From the NCBI RefSeq assembly GCF_030028105.1, contig NC_092402.1, forward strand, positions 28,566,843 through 28,630,842: a DNA stretch of 64,000 nt, read 5' to 3'. Under the pieces are notes generated by a model that saw only the letters and a program-made list of their open reading frames with translations, searched no databases and was not told the DNA's origin. Source of the stretch: Mobula birostris. Lineage: Eukaryota. Position numbers and translations under genes: made by a program. Shown one piece after another: positions 13,290 to 26,356 of the stretch (positions are counted from its first letter, which is position 1; each line of letters starts with the position of its first letter).

Positions 13290-13745
13290 AACATCCGTTT
13301 ATGATGGTGGTGAATATTGGTTGCACGGGTTGAGGCATTTAATATGGTGGTGTTTGCCAAGCTTTGCAATTAGCTTGCAGACTTTTGATCACCAGTCAAG
13401 ATGACATCCTCAGAGGACAGTTGTTGATGTTCCTCTCTGGGAGTGCTCACGTTTATATAGGCCCCCGTTCACTTGCCTCGGTCCTGATTGGTTACGCTTT
13501 CAGTTGACCTTTGAATTCTATTGGTTCACATTTCTTTGGCTCTTAGGAGTTCGTAGATGGCATCTATTTTGACATGTTTGTTTACAGAGTTATCAGAAAT
13601 GCACCATACTTCTAAAAATTCTTATGCCTGCTTCGTGTTTGCTTGCATTGGAACATCCGCGATGCCCCAGTTAAAGAGATGTCCTTCTCGCTTTCTTGTT
13701 ACGGAGATCAGTGATAGTGGATCATGTCTCTGTACGGCAAGTTTT
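13290..13745 (-). mobile_element. Penelope-like element 3' end (GIY-YIG C-terminal half and pseudo-LTR)
   Basis: Minus translation LAVQRHDPLSLIS...GHLFNWG...EFLEVW..SDNSVNKHVKIDAIYE matches PLE endonuclease C-termini. A degenerate hammerhead-like ctgaggatgtca...tgatcaaaagtctg lies at about 13376-13413. Confidence 0.75.
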
Positions 13746-13779
13746 GTTTTATTTTTAAAGAACTCTTCATGCAGCAAAT

Positions 13780-15450
13780 AGCTAATCAAGTCATTTTAGT
13801 CCTTGCTAATGCACCCATGAAGGACAATAGGGAGCTTACGAAAATGGCTGATAATCTACACTCAGCTAGGCAGCTATGAATCATTCCTCCTCTTTTCTCT
13901 ACCTCCATAAACCCGGTCAGCAAGGCCTCCAACATTAGGATGCCTGCGGCTATGAAACAGACGACACCAGACCTGTGTCTTTACCACGATCACTTTGGTG
14001 TGAACTGTAAGAAGTGCCAACCGCCTTGTAGCTTCAACAATGCCAGTGCATTGAGATATCAGAGATCTGTGAGCACAACTGTTCCATCTACCAGGGTTAT
14101 CTACCGTTCATTACAGACACCCTTTCAGGACAACGCTTTCCGTGTGACATTGGTGCTCACGTGAATGTGCTGTCGGCATTGCCTATTGATGAGAAGGCAA
14201 AGAGTAACGAAGCCTCACTTACGGGTCACGACGGGTGATGCTCTGCTTCAGTAGGCGGTATTACACGTGGAACTTTGTCCTGGCTAAAGTGGCTAGACCT
14301 CTGCTCCGTACAGCTTTCCTGTGTGCCCAAGGACTTTGGGTCGTTACCCTGCTCCCCCAATAAGTTCCCCACAACTCTGTCAAGCACATACACCATTGCA
14401 TGTGAGTTTACTCAACTGCTGGGAGAATTCCCAAACCTCATCAAGGCAACATTTCCCACTACAGTCAAAACATGGGGTCAAGCATCACATTCTACAACTG
14501 GCCTGCCAGTCCATGCCCACATGGGTAGACTGGACCCAGAAAAGTTGACAACAGCAAAGGCTGAGTTTGCCAACATGGAAAGACTCAAAATTGTACGCTG
14601 GTTGAATAGCCCCTGCGCTTCACCCCTCCTTTTGGTTCCTGAGTCCGTTGGTGGTTGCCACCCATGTGATGATTACCAAAGCCACCACCCCCGATCTTTA
14701 TCTGATCCCACACATCGAAGACTTTATGGCACATTTAGCCGGAAAGTTAATTTTTTCCAAAGTCGATCTGGTTAGGGGCTACCATCAGGTGCCTGTGTGC
14801 TCTGAGGGCTTCTCTGATGGAGAATGTTGGCATGATCATCTCCCGTGGGTCCTGCTGGGGCTCAGGACAGCTCCAAAAGAGGACCTGCAGTCGTCCGTGG
14901 CTGAGTTGGTATACGGGCAGTTGTTCCGAGTGTCAGGTGATTTCATTCCTGACGCCACAACTGCCTGATCAGTCTCTCAACAACATTCCACCCTCCTTAG
15001 TAAATTCAATTCCTTTTCACCTATTCCTACCTCCCATCATGGCATACAGCACTCATGGGTTCCTGTTGACCGACATTCTGCCCCGTTTGCTTTCGTACGC
15101 CAAGATGCAAAACAACATCCCCCTTAGGGCCCCTTACGATGGCCTGTTCTGCATTTTGGTATGGGGAGAAAATACTTTTGTCATAGATAAGAGTGGTAAA
15201 CCTGGAACATATTTCAGTAGATCACCTTAAACTGGCCCACCATCAGATTTGGAGTATTACTCTGCCACGCTCCTGACTTCACAGCATGACCACGAGCATG
15301 TTAACACATCTCTGGATGAGCCAGAGGCACCTGCTGTTTACTCACTTATGGAACACCGGACCAGAGCCAGGCGGCTCATCTGAGGTCCAGAGAGGCTCAC
15401 AATGCCAGTTTTAGTGAATTCTGAGGAGGTGGGGGGGGCGGGGCCTGTGT
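13780..15450 (+). mobile_element. Ty3/Gypsy LTR retrotransposon internal remnant (gag-PR-RT-IN with large deletions)
   Basis: Gag knuckle LCLYHDHFG...CKKCQPPC; RT SPCASPLLLV, PDLYLIPHIEDF, FSKVDLVRGYHQ; integrase WHDHLPWVLLGLRTAPKEDL..S.AELVYG; G-rich PPT at about 15423-15443 followed by TGT. Confidence 0.88.
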
Positions 15451-15467
15451 AGGGTATTTGCAAAAAC

Positions 15468-15761
15468 CTATAGGATAATGATATTGAATGACAAGCTGTA
15501 GCCGATAAAGAGCATCTTGATGTATGTATCTTTGCTGTCCAGATGTTCCAGAGTTGAGTGAAGAGCCAAGGAAATGGCATCTGCTGTGGACCTTTCACTC
15601 TGGTAGGCAAATTGGAGCGGATCCAAGTCACTTCTCTGGCAGGAGTTGATACGTTCCATCACCAGCCTTTCAAAGCACTTCAACACTGCAGATGCAAGTG
15701 CTGCTGGATGATAGTCATTGAGGCAGGTTACCACGTTGTTCTTAGGTACTGGTATAAGTGA
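15468..15761 (-). mobile_element. Rex1/Babar LINE RT fragment
   Basis: CLNDYHPAAL..VLKCFERLV...LDPLQFAY...RSTADAI. Confidence 0.85.
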
Positions 15762-16139
15762 AGGTTTAGGTAAAGACTCACAGGATGGATTTCACTTTAT
15801 AGTGTCTCTTTCTAATGTTACGCATAGCTTAGTCTGGGCTTGTTGATTGGTAAGATACAGCAAGGACACAGATTGAGTGGCAGGTGTATGAGTATTATTG
15901 TTGCTGGGCTGACACAAGAACATGGCCACTGTCCTCAAGGGGTGCTTCAAGGCTATTAAATCGTAAGCTCCCTATTGTCCTTCACAGGTGCATCTAAACT
16001 GTTGTGACACTCTGCAAGCCGTTTAGAAAGCAATGTCTGAAGCTATCATGGCAGCAGTGCAGCAAGTCAACCTCGCAAATTCAGTTTCCATCACAACATT
16101 CTGCTTTTGATGGATTATTTTTATGCTGACTGTGAATCA

Positions 16140-16500
16140 CTGAGTAGCATTCATATTTGTCAGAGAGAAGGCTGTGGGCTTAACTTAACTCCAGAGAATT
16201 AAGAGAGAAGACTTGGTTGATATCTAGTGTTGTACTGACTATTACACACTCTGGGGGTAAAGGTAGCATTAAATTAAGGCCCTTTCTGTTCTCTCTAATA
16301 AATAACAGCAAGGTGTTAGTTGGGAAAGCAAAATATTCTCCCTGATCTTGTGGCTAATATTTATATTCAACTAGCATCACTTTAAATCATCATCATGGCA
16401 GTGCCCTTTTAGGAGTTTGCTGTGGCTAAGCCTTCTCTACATTACAAGGGTGACTATTCCTAAAAAGTCCTTCATTGCATCTACTGAGTTTTGAGACAAA
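16140..16500 (+). mobile_element. Ancient Deu-domain SINE (SacSINE1-like), decayed
   Basis: Order of motifs: agaaggctgtggg...actccagag head, ttctccctg..tggctaatatttat, tgctgtg...ctacattacaa..gtgacta...ttcattg. This resembles the shark Deu-SINE as recalled from memory. Confidence 0.55.
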
Positions 16501-17559
16501 TTGATGCATTGTTTCTTTTTATCCCTACTCCTAGCCAGCGTATGAGAAATATTTTGTACAGTGTCTTTCTATAGTTCACTTCGTATCCTAAAACACAAAT
16601 TTACAATGCCTTTCCGCCTCTTCTCTTCCAATGAATTCATGCCAAATTTAGACTGCTTGTCATTATCAAAATTCCTCATTCCTCTAATCATTCTCATTCC
16701 TCTCTGCTACATCTTTTCAACGCCTGCATTATCCTTTTGTATGGAGATAAAAAGCACTGAGTGTGGTCACACAATAATTTGTAAAACAATGGGGTTATAT
16801 TTGCCTTTTAGCTTAACCTTTTGAACCACTCCATATCTGAGTCTTTTCTGTGCACTCCCACTAAACACTGGTATGATAGAAAGTAGATACCTAGGTCTAT
16901 TTGAGTTTCAATGCACAATATTATCTTTCCATTTTAGAAAAAAAAATATTATTTTCATTTTCTCAGTTAGACAACAAGTTGGCCGAAGGATGTGTTCCTA
17001 TGCTATATGCTCCATGACTCATGACTCCTCAATCTATCTGTGAATCCTTCTGCACTTTTTGCATTTAATTAAATATGCTACCTGCTTAAATCCCAAGCAT
17101 CTTCATCTCTAATCCTGTGATTTTCTGTTTATATTCATTAGCTTTGTATTACCTACAAGTTTAGCCTTATACTTGCCACTCATAACTTAAATAAGTTGAA
17201 CAAAATAAAGTTCTAAAAGCACATACTCAACTAATAATGTGATGATAATAACCAATAATATCACTGCCAGTTAGATCCACCAATTAATTAATCACCTATC
17301 CATTCTGAAAATTTCTTCCAATAATTTTTCAGGATTAACTCTTGAAGAGTAACTCCAACAATATTCAAGGATTTTAACATCAACAAATGGCATACATGAA
17401 GTTTATCTATATCATTTCCACACATTTTCCCTCTGTCATGCTCTTTTGTAATGACTTAATGTAACCCAATAAGATGTATCAACAGTACTTCCTCTTAGTA
17501 ATCTGTAAGTCAAATGCTCCATTTTATCCAGTTTATAATTCATTTTTTGAGGAAAAGGC

Positions 17560-18350
17560 AGCCCTGGCAATGTCAGTTTTGATACCCTCTCATCCTCCTG
17601 CCCCCGAGAAGCTGGTTGTGAACTGCCTTCTTTAAATCTTGGTGAAGTCAAACTCATAATGTTTATGTTTAATGAGATAGACCGATTGGCAGTGAAAGGA
17701 TGCGAATATGTTTCCAAATAAGACGAATGCGTGTCTTGGAAGAGAAACTGCAGGTTGGGAGTATTCCCATGCAGATTCTGCCTTTGTCCTTTTTTATAGA
17801 TGACACACACAGCCACACTCTGTAGTAGAGAAGGAGGTAATAATTATTTAGGCTGGTGGATGGTTGCTAGTCAAGAAGGCTGTGTTGTCTTTTCTGGTGT
17901 TGAAATTCTTGAATGCTGGTGGAGCTGTATTTACCCAGGAAAGCGGAGAGTATTTCTGAGTTGTGTCTTCTGGATAGTGGAATATTTTTGGAATATCAGT
18001 TGAACCACTTACCCAGGATGCCCCACCTCTGACTGCTCTTGTAGCTATATTATTTAAGTGGTTGGTCCAGTTTAGTTTTGGTCAACTGAGAACCCTGGCT
18101 AGTTTATAATGAGGGATTGAGTGGTTGTAATGCAATGAATGTCAAGGATAAGCGGATAGTCTCTTGTTCTTTATGCTGAGGTCACTGCCTGGCGTTTTGC
18201 AACATAACTGTTAATTGTCACTTAACCGTCCTTCTCTAGCTCGTACTGCACACAGCTTCATTAACTGAGGAGTTGCAAATGAAACTGATTTTTGTAGACT
18301 TCCCAGTTCTGAACATATAATGTAAAGAAGACCATTGATGAAGCATTTGA
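17560..18350 (-). mobile_element. Old LINE-like repeat 3' region (family uncertain)
   Basis: tgcccccgagaagctggttgtgaactgccttc and downstream blocks resemble a common shark LINE 3' end. No intact ORF remains. Confidence 0.35.
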
Positions 18351-18569
18351 AGACCTTTGATCTTCCCTTCTGTCCCTATCAACTATTCACTGTCTTACAG
18401 CACTTTCCCCAACAACACTTTTCCTTTCACCTTTTCCCATTACCCAGTCATAGCAGATGAACTAGTGATTCAGGATTTCAAATCTAATTACTTATTTGGT
18501 ATTTACAGCGTAGACTCTTTTACAAGGCAAAACTGGATTGGGTGATTACTTTGCAGAGGACCTGGGTTC

Positions 18570-19235
18570 AGTCAATGATTCAATGGTTCAATGGTTCCAT
18601 TCAATATCAGAGAATATATAGTGTACAATCTGAAATTCTTGCTCTTCCCAGACAATCATGAACCAACCACCCATAAAACAAGCAATAGTAAAACCCCAAA
18701 GAGAGACCATGATCTGCAGTCCAACAAAAACTAATGGTTCACCTGACAATTCAGCATGCCACAGGCTTGCTCTCTCCCCCTAATGAGGGACAGAGAGGTG
18801 CCACCACAGCGAGAGGGGAGCCCAACAAAACAAAACAACTTGCTGATTACAGTGTTCCAGTTTGCCGCATCGCTTTTATTCAAAGTTCTCTGACAGAAGA
18901 ATCAGCAGTCAATTCTTCCCCCACCATCGAGATAAAGAAAGAGAGAGTGATCGCCCGAGTACAGAGGCCTCCAACAGCTGTTCCACTGTTCGGGATGTTC
19001 CATTTCTAGCGTCTTCCAGGCCACATCCTAGGGACATTGAAAAGACGGCCTGTCAGTGAGCTCCAAGAGTGGGAACCACCACTGTAAAGGACCGAAGTTT
19101 GAGTAAAACTGTAGATCACGGACTTGGACAGAACATTATCCAACTTGAAAAGGAAAAACAAGACATTAAAGGGAAGAAATTAAGCTGTCTCACAGTTGAG
19201 CTCAAAGAAGTCACCCTCTAGTGATATCTTAGTTC
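18570..19235 (-). mobile_element. Non-autonomous retroelement, related to 19475-20300
   Basis: (caatggtt)n tail, and a block atatcagagaa..tata..gtacaatctgaaattc similar to 19500-19540. No coding motifs. Confidence 0.55.
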
Positions 19236-19474
19236 CACATCCATCAATAGAAATATCTCTCAGTTTTCTTTATCCTACTACTTTAATTCTACACTGCAGT
19301 AATACTCTATCTCTCTGTTTGTGGCATCCTATACTGTTACAAGGAGGCCCAATGCAAGCTTGAGGAAAATCTGATCTTCCTTCTGGGTGTACTGGAGCCT
19401 TACTGACTTAATATCCTCAAATTAGGGAATTTTCTTCCTCTGTAAGTCGCCCATTTGTGATAGAGGCTCATTTT

Positions 19475-20300
19475 TTCAAAGGTTTCAAAGGTACATTTAA
19501 TGTCAGAGAAATGTATACAATATACATCCTGAAATGCTTTTTTCTTCGCAACCATCCACAAAAACAGAGGAGTGCCCCCAAAGAATGAATGACAATTAAA
19601 TGCTAGAACCCCAAAGTACCCTCCCAGCTCCCCTCTCTCCCACGCATAAGCGGCAGCAAGCAATGATCACCCCTCCCCCGCCATCAAAAAAAGCAATGGC
19701 ACCCACCACTGAGCACTCAAGCGTGCAGCAAAGACACAGACTTGCAGTACCCCAAAGGCTACTCACTCATTCACCCGGTATTCGACATACTACAGGCTCT
19801 CTCTCTCCCCCTAAAAAGGGAGAAAGAGGTGTCTCTGTTTCACAGTGAGAGGGGAGACATAACAAACAGCTCACTGGTTTACGATGCTAAAAGTCCATTG
19901 CATCGCTTTTCCCGAGCTCTGTGCCCAAAGATCTCATGTTTCTGGGCGCACAGCCATAGATTTTCCAACTCCCCTGACGACGCATGGTTCAGCCGCGCCA
20001 CCAACCTTTGATCTGCCCATCTCCAGAGCCACGAGATTTCGGTCCTCCATAGGCAAGCTGAGCTCTTAGGCCGGGCCCTTAGCATGCCGAATAACGGCCA
20101 TTTGTGAAACCCCCGAGAGCGGGCCCCATTCCCGCAAAGAACCGAAGTCAGTGTGTAACTCCAGGTCGGGGTTTTCAAAATATCCCTGAGAGGGAAAAAT
20201 AGAGATATTAAGGATGAAAATAGAGCTGTTTCCAAAGATGCAAGCAAAGGAGTCGCCATTAGGCGCCATTGTCTCCTCCTAAGTTCCTCCTCCATTAGCA
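19475..20300 (-). mobile_element. Non-autonomous retroelement (about 820 bp)
   Basis: (tttcaaagg)2 tail. The GC/CpG-rich head reads ggaggagacaatggcgcctaatggcgac on the minus strand. Confidence 0.65.
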
Positions 20301-20584
20301 CTGACCGACATGCTGGTTATGTCTCATGGCCTAGCTATTAGCGACACATGAAGAAACATGATCACCCACAAAAGTCTCCATTCACTCATTTGACCTGTCT
20401 ACATCATCCCTTTGTTCTAACTATCCCTCTTGTGAACTTCTCTCTCTTTTCCAGTTCTGACCAGAGGTTTTCAATTCAAATTGTTAACTCTTTTCCTCTT
20501 TCCACAGATTATGTATTACCTGCTGAGTCTATTACCTTCTGTTAATTTCAGTACACTTAAATTCCTGTTGTCATCTTTAGTGAG

Positions 20585-21123
20585 AGTCATAGAGTCATAG
20601 AAAAGTGCAACACAAAAACAGACCCTTCCATTTAAACTGCCTAGTCCCATTGATTTGCACCTGGATGATAACCCTCCCATATCCTGACAATTCAAGTACC
20701 CATCCAAACTTCTCTTCAATGTTGAAATCAAGCTTGCATGCACCACTTGCACTGGCAACTCATTCCACACTCTCATAACCCTCTGAGTGAAGAAGTTTCC
20801 CCTCATGTTCCCCTTAAACTTTTCACCTTTCACCCTTAAACCATGACCTCTGTTTGAAGTTTCACCCAACCTCAGTGGAAAAAGCCTGTTTGCATTTCCC
20901 CTATCTATACCCCTCATAATTTTTTATACCTCCATCAAATCTTCCCTCCTTCTTCTACATTCCAAGGAATAAAGTCCTAGCCTATTCAATCTTTCCTTAT
21001 AACTCAGGTCCTCCAGTCCCAGCAACATCCTTCTAAATTTCCTCTATACTTTTTCAACCTTATTTACATCTTTCCTCTAAGTAGGTGAACGAAGCAGCAC
21101 GCAGTACTCCAAATTAGGCCTCA
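20585..21123 (-). mobile_element. CR1 3' fragment
   Basis: ORF 20516-20917 MRGIDR...NFFTQRVMRVWNELP, with a (catagagt)n tail. Confidence 0.9.
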
Positions 21124-22704
21124 GATGCTTAGATGGGATAGAAATTAGATTCTTTGTGAAACCTATCAACAAATTTGAATTTGGACAGTGCCCTTCTGCC
21201 AGAAAATGATTTAATTTTGTTTTTCATAGTATTGGTTGCAAACATTATATTACACTGTTAAATTGGCCAAAGAGGACACTTGGTTGCCTTGATCCATAGA
21301 ATGAGGATTCTTCCACATTATTTCATTGCAACCCATCACCAAATTCTTCATTTCTCCCTGATAACTTATCAAACTTCTTCATCTGTGTAATACTGTTCAA
21401 GTGCTCCTTGTGGTTGTGAGCCCCACATTCTTACTTTTTCCTGAATACTGTGTGGTTTATTCCTAGCCATTTTACATTTATGACCCCTGTGATACATCCT
21501 TTCTTTTTCCCACAGCTCTGCAAAATGCCATTTTGCAGTTTCTCTCAAATTTTCAGTTGTAAATTTAAAGCCAGTCGACTATTCCTTGCCTATATGGAGA
21601 TTATTATCTGACTAAAGGATGAGGACTGTATAATTAAAAGGCAAAATATTGTCCAAACCGATGATAAAACATTTGATTTGTACAATACATAAATAATTCC
21701 TGTGCTATCGGTGCCTGAAGTTAAGCAAACTGTTTCAAACTAGAATACATTAAGCAGAGACAATTGAGGAGGGGAAAAATACTTGATACTTCTAAACTTT
21801 TATAGAGAAAAAATGGATGGGTTGTTTTATTGATTTTCTTTCAGTTTGTTCTTAAATACATTTGCTTGGAAATAAATCTGGTATTATTACTCATGCAGCT
21901 GTCATGTGACACAAACTGCCTGACTGCACTTTGTGCTGTAATTGAGGAAATTATATTCAGAATGTGGAGGGAACATAATGCAAGTGATCAGGTCAAGCAT
22001 AAACAGAAGCTGAAATGCAGGCACATCAATCTTAAAAACCATTCTCTTGCTGGTTCGGTTATTAGAGATTAAACCTGCCAAAATCTGAAGGTTACTTGAG
22101 TTGAAAACCTATAAATTAGAAGGACCTTGGATAACATTTTTCCCTTTGTCACAACTTTGTGGAATGAATGGAATGGTGTTTAACCAGTTACCCAGTTATT
22201 TAAGTATTTTATATTGCTTGCTTCCTTTCAGTAACTGGAAGATGCACGAATGATAAAATTTGTGCGACAGGCTTTACCACTTCCACCACACAGTTACCCT
22301 CTTTCCTTTCTTCTTTTAGAACTGAATATATCAAGGAGTGGAGCTCTCTCCTTGTTACTTTTCTGTCGCCTTCTCTTCAAACCACAGGAACAGGACAAGT
22401 TGAGCCTTGATCCTTTGATTCAATTATGAAATCTGGTTGACCTTATACTCCTGCCTCTCCTGATTATCACACCCTGGATATAGTTAACAGATGCTAAGAG
22501 CTAAAATTTATTTGGCATCAGAGGATTACTTCTGAATTAAGCCTTTTCTGGTGTACAGTTATGGTGGTTCAGTGTTTACTTTGCATGCTTAGAGAGGAAA
22601 CTTTTACAAGCACAAGAGAAGTGAAAGTACTCAACAGAATTTAAAGTGGTTGAAAGCAAATTTTCCAGGAACTTGAAGGAAAATTTGATGTAGTGGCGTG
22701 CTAA

Positions 22705-22770
22705 TACTTCTTGACCTGCTGAACTTTTCCATCATTCTGTCTTTATTTCAGATTTCTAGCATCTGCAGTC
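22705..22770 (+). repeat. Decayed partial copy of the Penelope/hammerhead repeat
   Basis: tgacctgctgaacttttcc...cagatttctagcatctgcag. Similar remnants occur at about 20455-20540, 23780-23835, 44455-44575 and 60065-60130. Confidence 0.55.
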
Positions 22771-23109
22771 TTTAAGAATTTCATTTACTATTTAATTAAC
22801 TGCCACATCTCCTTTAGGAATGCCAAACTAAATCAGGGTTGGATTATTCAAGTTTAACTGTTTGATTTTGTAATTACCATTAAACAAGCTCTCTAGCACT
22901 GATGTTTTTAAGAAGTATGACAGCATAAATTCAAATATGAATTTTGTTAAATATTTAACTTTGAAAAAATGTCTTATTCATTTTTCTTTTAATCCAGTCT
23001 TTCTTTTCTTGGCCTTATTTCATTTTCTGTACATGATTAGACTTGGAATAAAATATAATAACATGCACTTCTTATTTTAGACTCTAGATTGCTTCATTAC
23101 ATATCTGGT

Positions 23110-23268
23110 AAACACAAGAGATTTTGCAGATGCTGGAAATATAGAGTAATATGCACAAACGTATGCAGGATGACTTCGATGAAGAGTCTTGGCCCAAAGT
23201 GTTGGCTTTTTATTCCTCTCCATAGATACTGCCTGACCTGCTGAGTCCCTCTAGCATTTTGTGTGTTT
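23110..23268. mobile_element. Inverted Penelope-derived hammerhead repeat unit
   Basis: A minus-strand 3' end (aaacacaagagattttgcagatgctggaaat) is fused to a plus-strand copy (gatgaagagtcttggcccaaag...catagatactgcctgacctgctgag). Confidence 0.75.
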
Positions 23269-23842
23269 TTCAGACTGGTTGTTTGAAGTAATGGGATGCT
23301 ACCTTTCTTGTCCAAACAAGTCCCAGATCCTTCGCAAATGTCATTTATTCATCACTAGCTGCAAAATCCAGTCCAATTTCTAAACCGATTTTCAGTACAG
23401 AAATTGTTGATATGTCTTAGCTTGGATCAGCCTCTACTTCCTTAATTCAGTTTATGCTGTATGTGAAAACATACTGTGTTCAACGTGATTGGCATATTTA
23501 CCTATAAAATTATGAACTGGCTTTGAAATGCTTTAAGAAATCCTATGTGAAGGGGTGAGGCTTTATACGTTTGCTGTGATAGAGGAAAAGGTCTTTGAAA
23601 TAGCTCATGGAGAAAATGCTGTATGAGCTAAGTTCTGTGTAACCAGAGAATCAATCCAAAATATCATAGACAATATGAAAGAAGCCAGTACTTTTAGTGA
23701 ATGCAAATTGGCAACATGAAAATTACTTCAAGTTAATCAAGCAGTATTTGTAGAGAGAGAGAAAAAAGAATGACTCTCAGCTTTCACTCCTCATTGATGC
23801 TGGCTGATCACCTATGTCTTCTCAGCATTTATTCTTACTCCA

Positions 23843-24528
23843 AATGGAGGAGAAGATGACGGCACGATGGCAGCGCGCACAGCCTCTCCGGTGATGAATA
23901 TCTGTAATCTGTCAAGTAGGGGACCGTGCGCAATTCTGATTTGATGGAGACGGACGTGAGAGTATGGAGGAACATCTGGAAAACTTCTGAAATGTCCGCT
24001 TCGCTGCCGCTGCTACTGTGTGGTAACCGGAATCTCTGGAGCAGAAGGCCCCGAATCCCCGGCTTTGCTTGTTTCAGCAGCCGGGGCTAGGTCGAAGGTA
24101 CTCGGCAGAGGATGGCGCTCGGGAGGCTGTATCGGAGGGGCTGGTCGGAGGCTTGAAGTTTTCGGACGGATGGATTCAGTATCAGCTGCGGTCAGCTGCT
24201 TCCAAGGGATCGGCCAGTTGACGGTGCCTGGAGGTTTATGGCAGGGAGCTTCTCCCTTTTGCTGCCTGCTATCGGGGACTCGGGAGTCGATCGACTTGGG
24301 GACCTTTGAGACTTTATTTACCGTGCCCATTGTTTGTTCTTCATCAAATTATGGTATTGCTTTGCACTGCTTTAACTATATGTTATAATTATGTGGTTCT
24401 GTCAGTGTTAGTCTTTGGTTTGTCCTGTTTTCTGTGATATCACTCCAGAGAAACATTGTATCATTTCTTAATGCATGTATGCATTTCTAAATGACAATAA
24501 AAGAGGACTGAGTGTTCTCATAATCTAA
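23843..24528 (+). mobile_element. Non-autonomous retroelement (about 690 bp) with CpG-rich head
   Basis: Starts ggaggagaagatgacggc and ends caataaaagagg...ataatctaa. Sharp composition boundary with the AT-rich flanks. Confidence 0.65.
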
Positions 24529-26356
24529 ATTTCGAACATAGGCTGTGTTTTCCTTTTATATTACTTTAAGCAGATCTCAACTAACTTGATTTGTGGTGTC
24601 TTTATTTTAAGATTCAGGTCATTCTTGAGTCATTGCAAACAAAACAGCCAAACATCCTGAATTTTTTCATAAGCTGCACTTATTACAAATGAATAATGCA
24701 TGGCTTGCTATGGTTTCAAACATTAATAAACCACTACCTCTATAGAGCTGCACATTGCCTCACCAATTTATTACTAATCAGTTAGCCTGCTGTGGCAGCA
24801 TTTTTATATTGAATTTGGATCAATTATTCATGGTATTTTATCATTATTTTAATGGTGAATAATTTGCCTTCGATGGAACATTGCAGTTTTGTTTAATATT
24901 GTGATTTGTTAGTATTTTTATGCCTGGAGTATAATTTTAGCCGGTCAAATTGGTACAGCACTGGAAAATTGGCATGATTCCAGAAGGGAGGAAAGTTGCA
25001 ATCTTGAGGTGAAACTGGGTATCTTCCTTGTGGAAATTATCCCACAAAGTAATTTCAGAGTGTGGAAGTAATGGGCAGACAAATCTGGGTGTTGTTACGA
25101 CTGACTTAATATTGAATAGGACAGGATATGTGATGGATTCCTTGGTTACTCCAAAAATTCCATACAGGTTCGACAAGCTGGATTTTGCTACTGTCAGGTC
25201 TTGCCACAGGACTAAAGGATGATCTCAGGCTCTTGAAGCAAGATGGACAGGGGATTCTTCTTTGAGATGTGTCTCAACTTAAGCTTCAGGTCTTCTTTTT
25301 TGGGGATAAAATGAACCACTCTGATACTTGCAGTGGGGTAGTCAGTAATCTTGCTTCAATGCAGGGCATGGGTACCTTGCCATGGGCATGGGTATTAAAA
25401 TGATTCCACCTATGTGAATTTGGCAGGGACAATGGCCACCTACAGCAGAAGATAGGGATTACCCTCTTCAGAAAGTGACCTCAATTATGCCCTCTACACC
25501 ATCTATCAGATAGTGTTTACCCACGGAGAATGTATTCCCAAATTCCACCAACCTTCTTATGCCTGTTAAAAAGCAGTGAAGAAGGGCTTGTATCCGTCAG
25601 AAGTGCCCGCCTGATTGGACAGGTGTGGTTGGTTTCATTCCTAATCCTTTATTCAAAGGAAGGATTGTTGACATTTACCTGAGAGATAACTAGGTCTTCA
25701 GTTTGATAGCCAATCCACACCATGAAATTTCCTATTGTTCAGAATTTCCTCAGTGCTTCACTGAGTATTGGCTTAGATTTGGTGTTTGCATCTTTGAAAG
25801 TGACTTTATGAAAAATTAAGCTATTAAGTAAGGATTAACACTTCGAAGGAAGGGAAACTCAAAGTGCATATCTGCAGTTCTTTGACATTTGTAACTTGGT
25901 GGTATTACTCTAAAGGAATCTGATCTGGGATTGCATCTCTTCATGAATTGTTTCAATGAAACAGGCAGAGCTAGAGGGGACAATGTCTAAATTTGTAGAT
26001 AATAAGTAATATGTTAAATAATTTTGCAGATGAAAAATTCTAAAATAATTTATACTGGGAATTATGGAATTAATAGCAATTAGTAACTAGAATTCAATGT
26101 CAGTAAACATTTGTGATATTCAGTATTTTGAATTTTAAGAGTAGTCATTGTTTATATAAAAAATGACTTAGTGATGCAAGCAGTAAGTGAGATGAGGTGT
26201 TCAAATTAAAAAGAGGTGTTGAAAATAAGAAAACAGAAATACATCAGTGAACCTAAATAGAACTTGATAGTTCAGTTGAAAGAGTGAAGGACTGTTCTGG
26301 AAACTGGTCATCATGTCATGGGTTTAACTCAGGATCAAAGGAATAGACCTTCTTCT

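Noticed and set aside
24937-25222. Overlapping short ORFs in unique sequence
   Set aside because: No consistent splice sites or recognisable domain.
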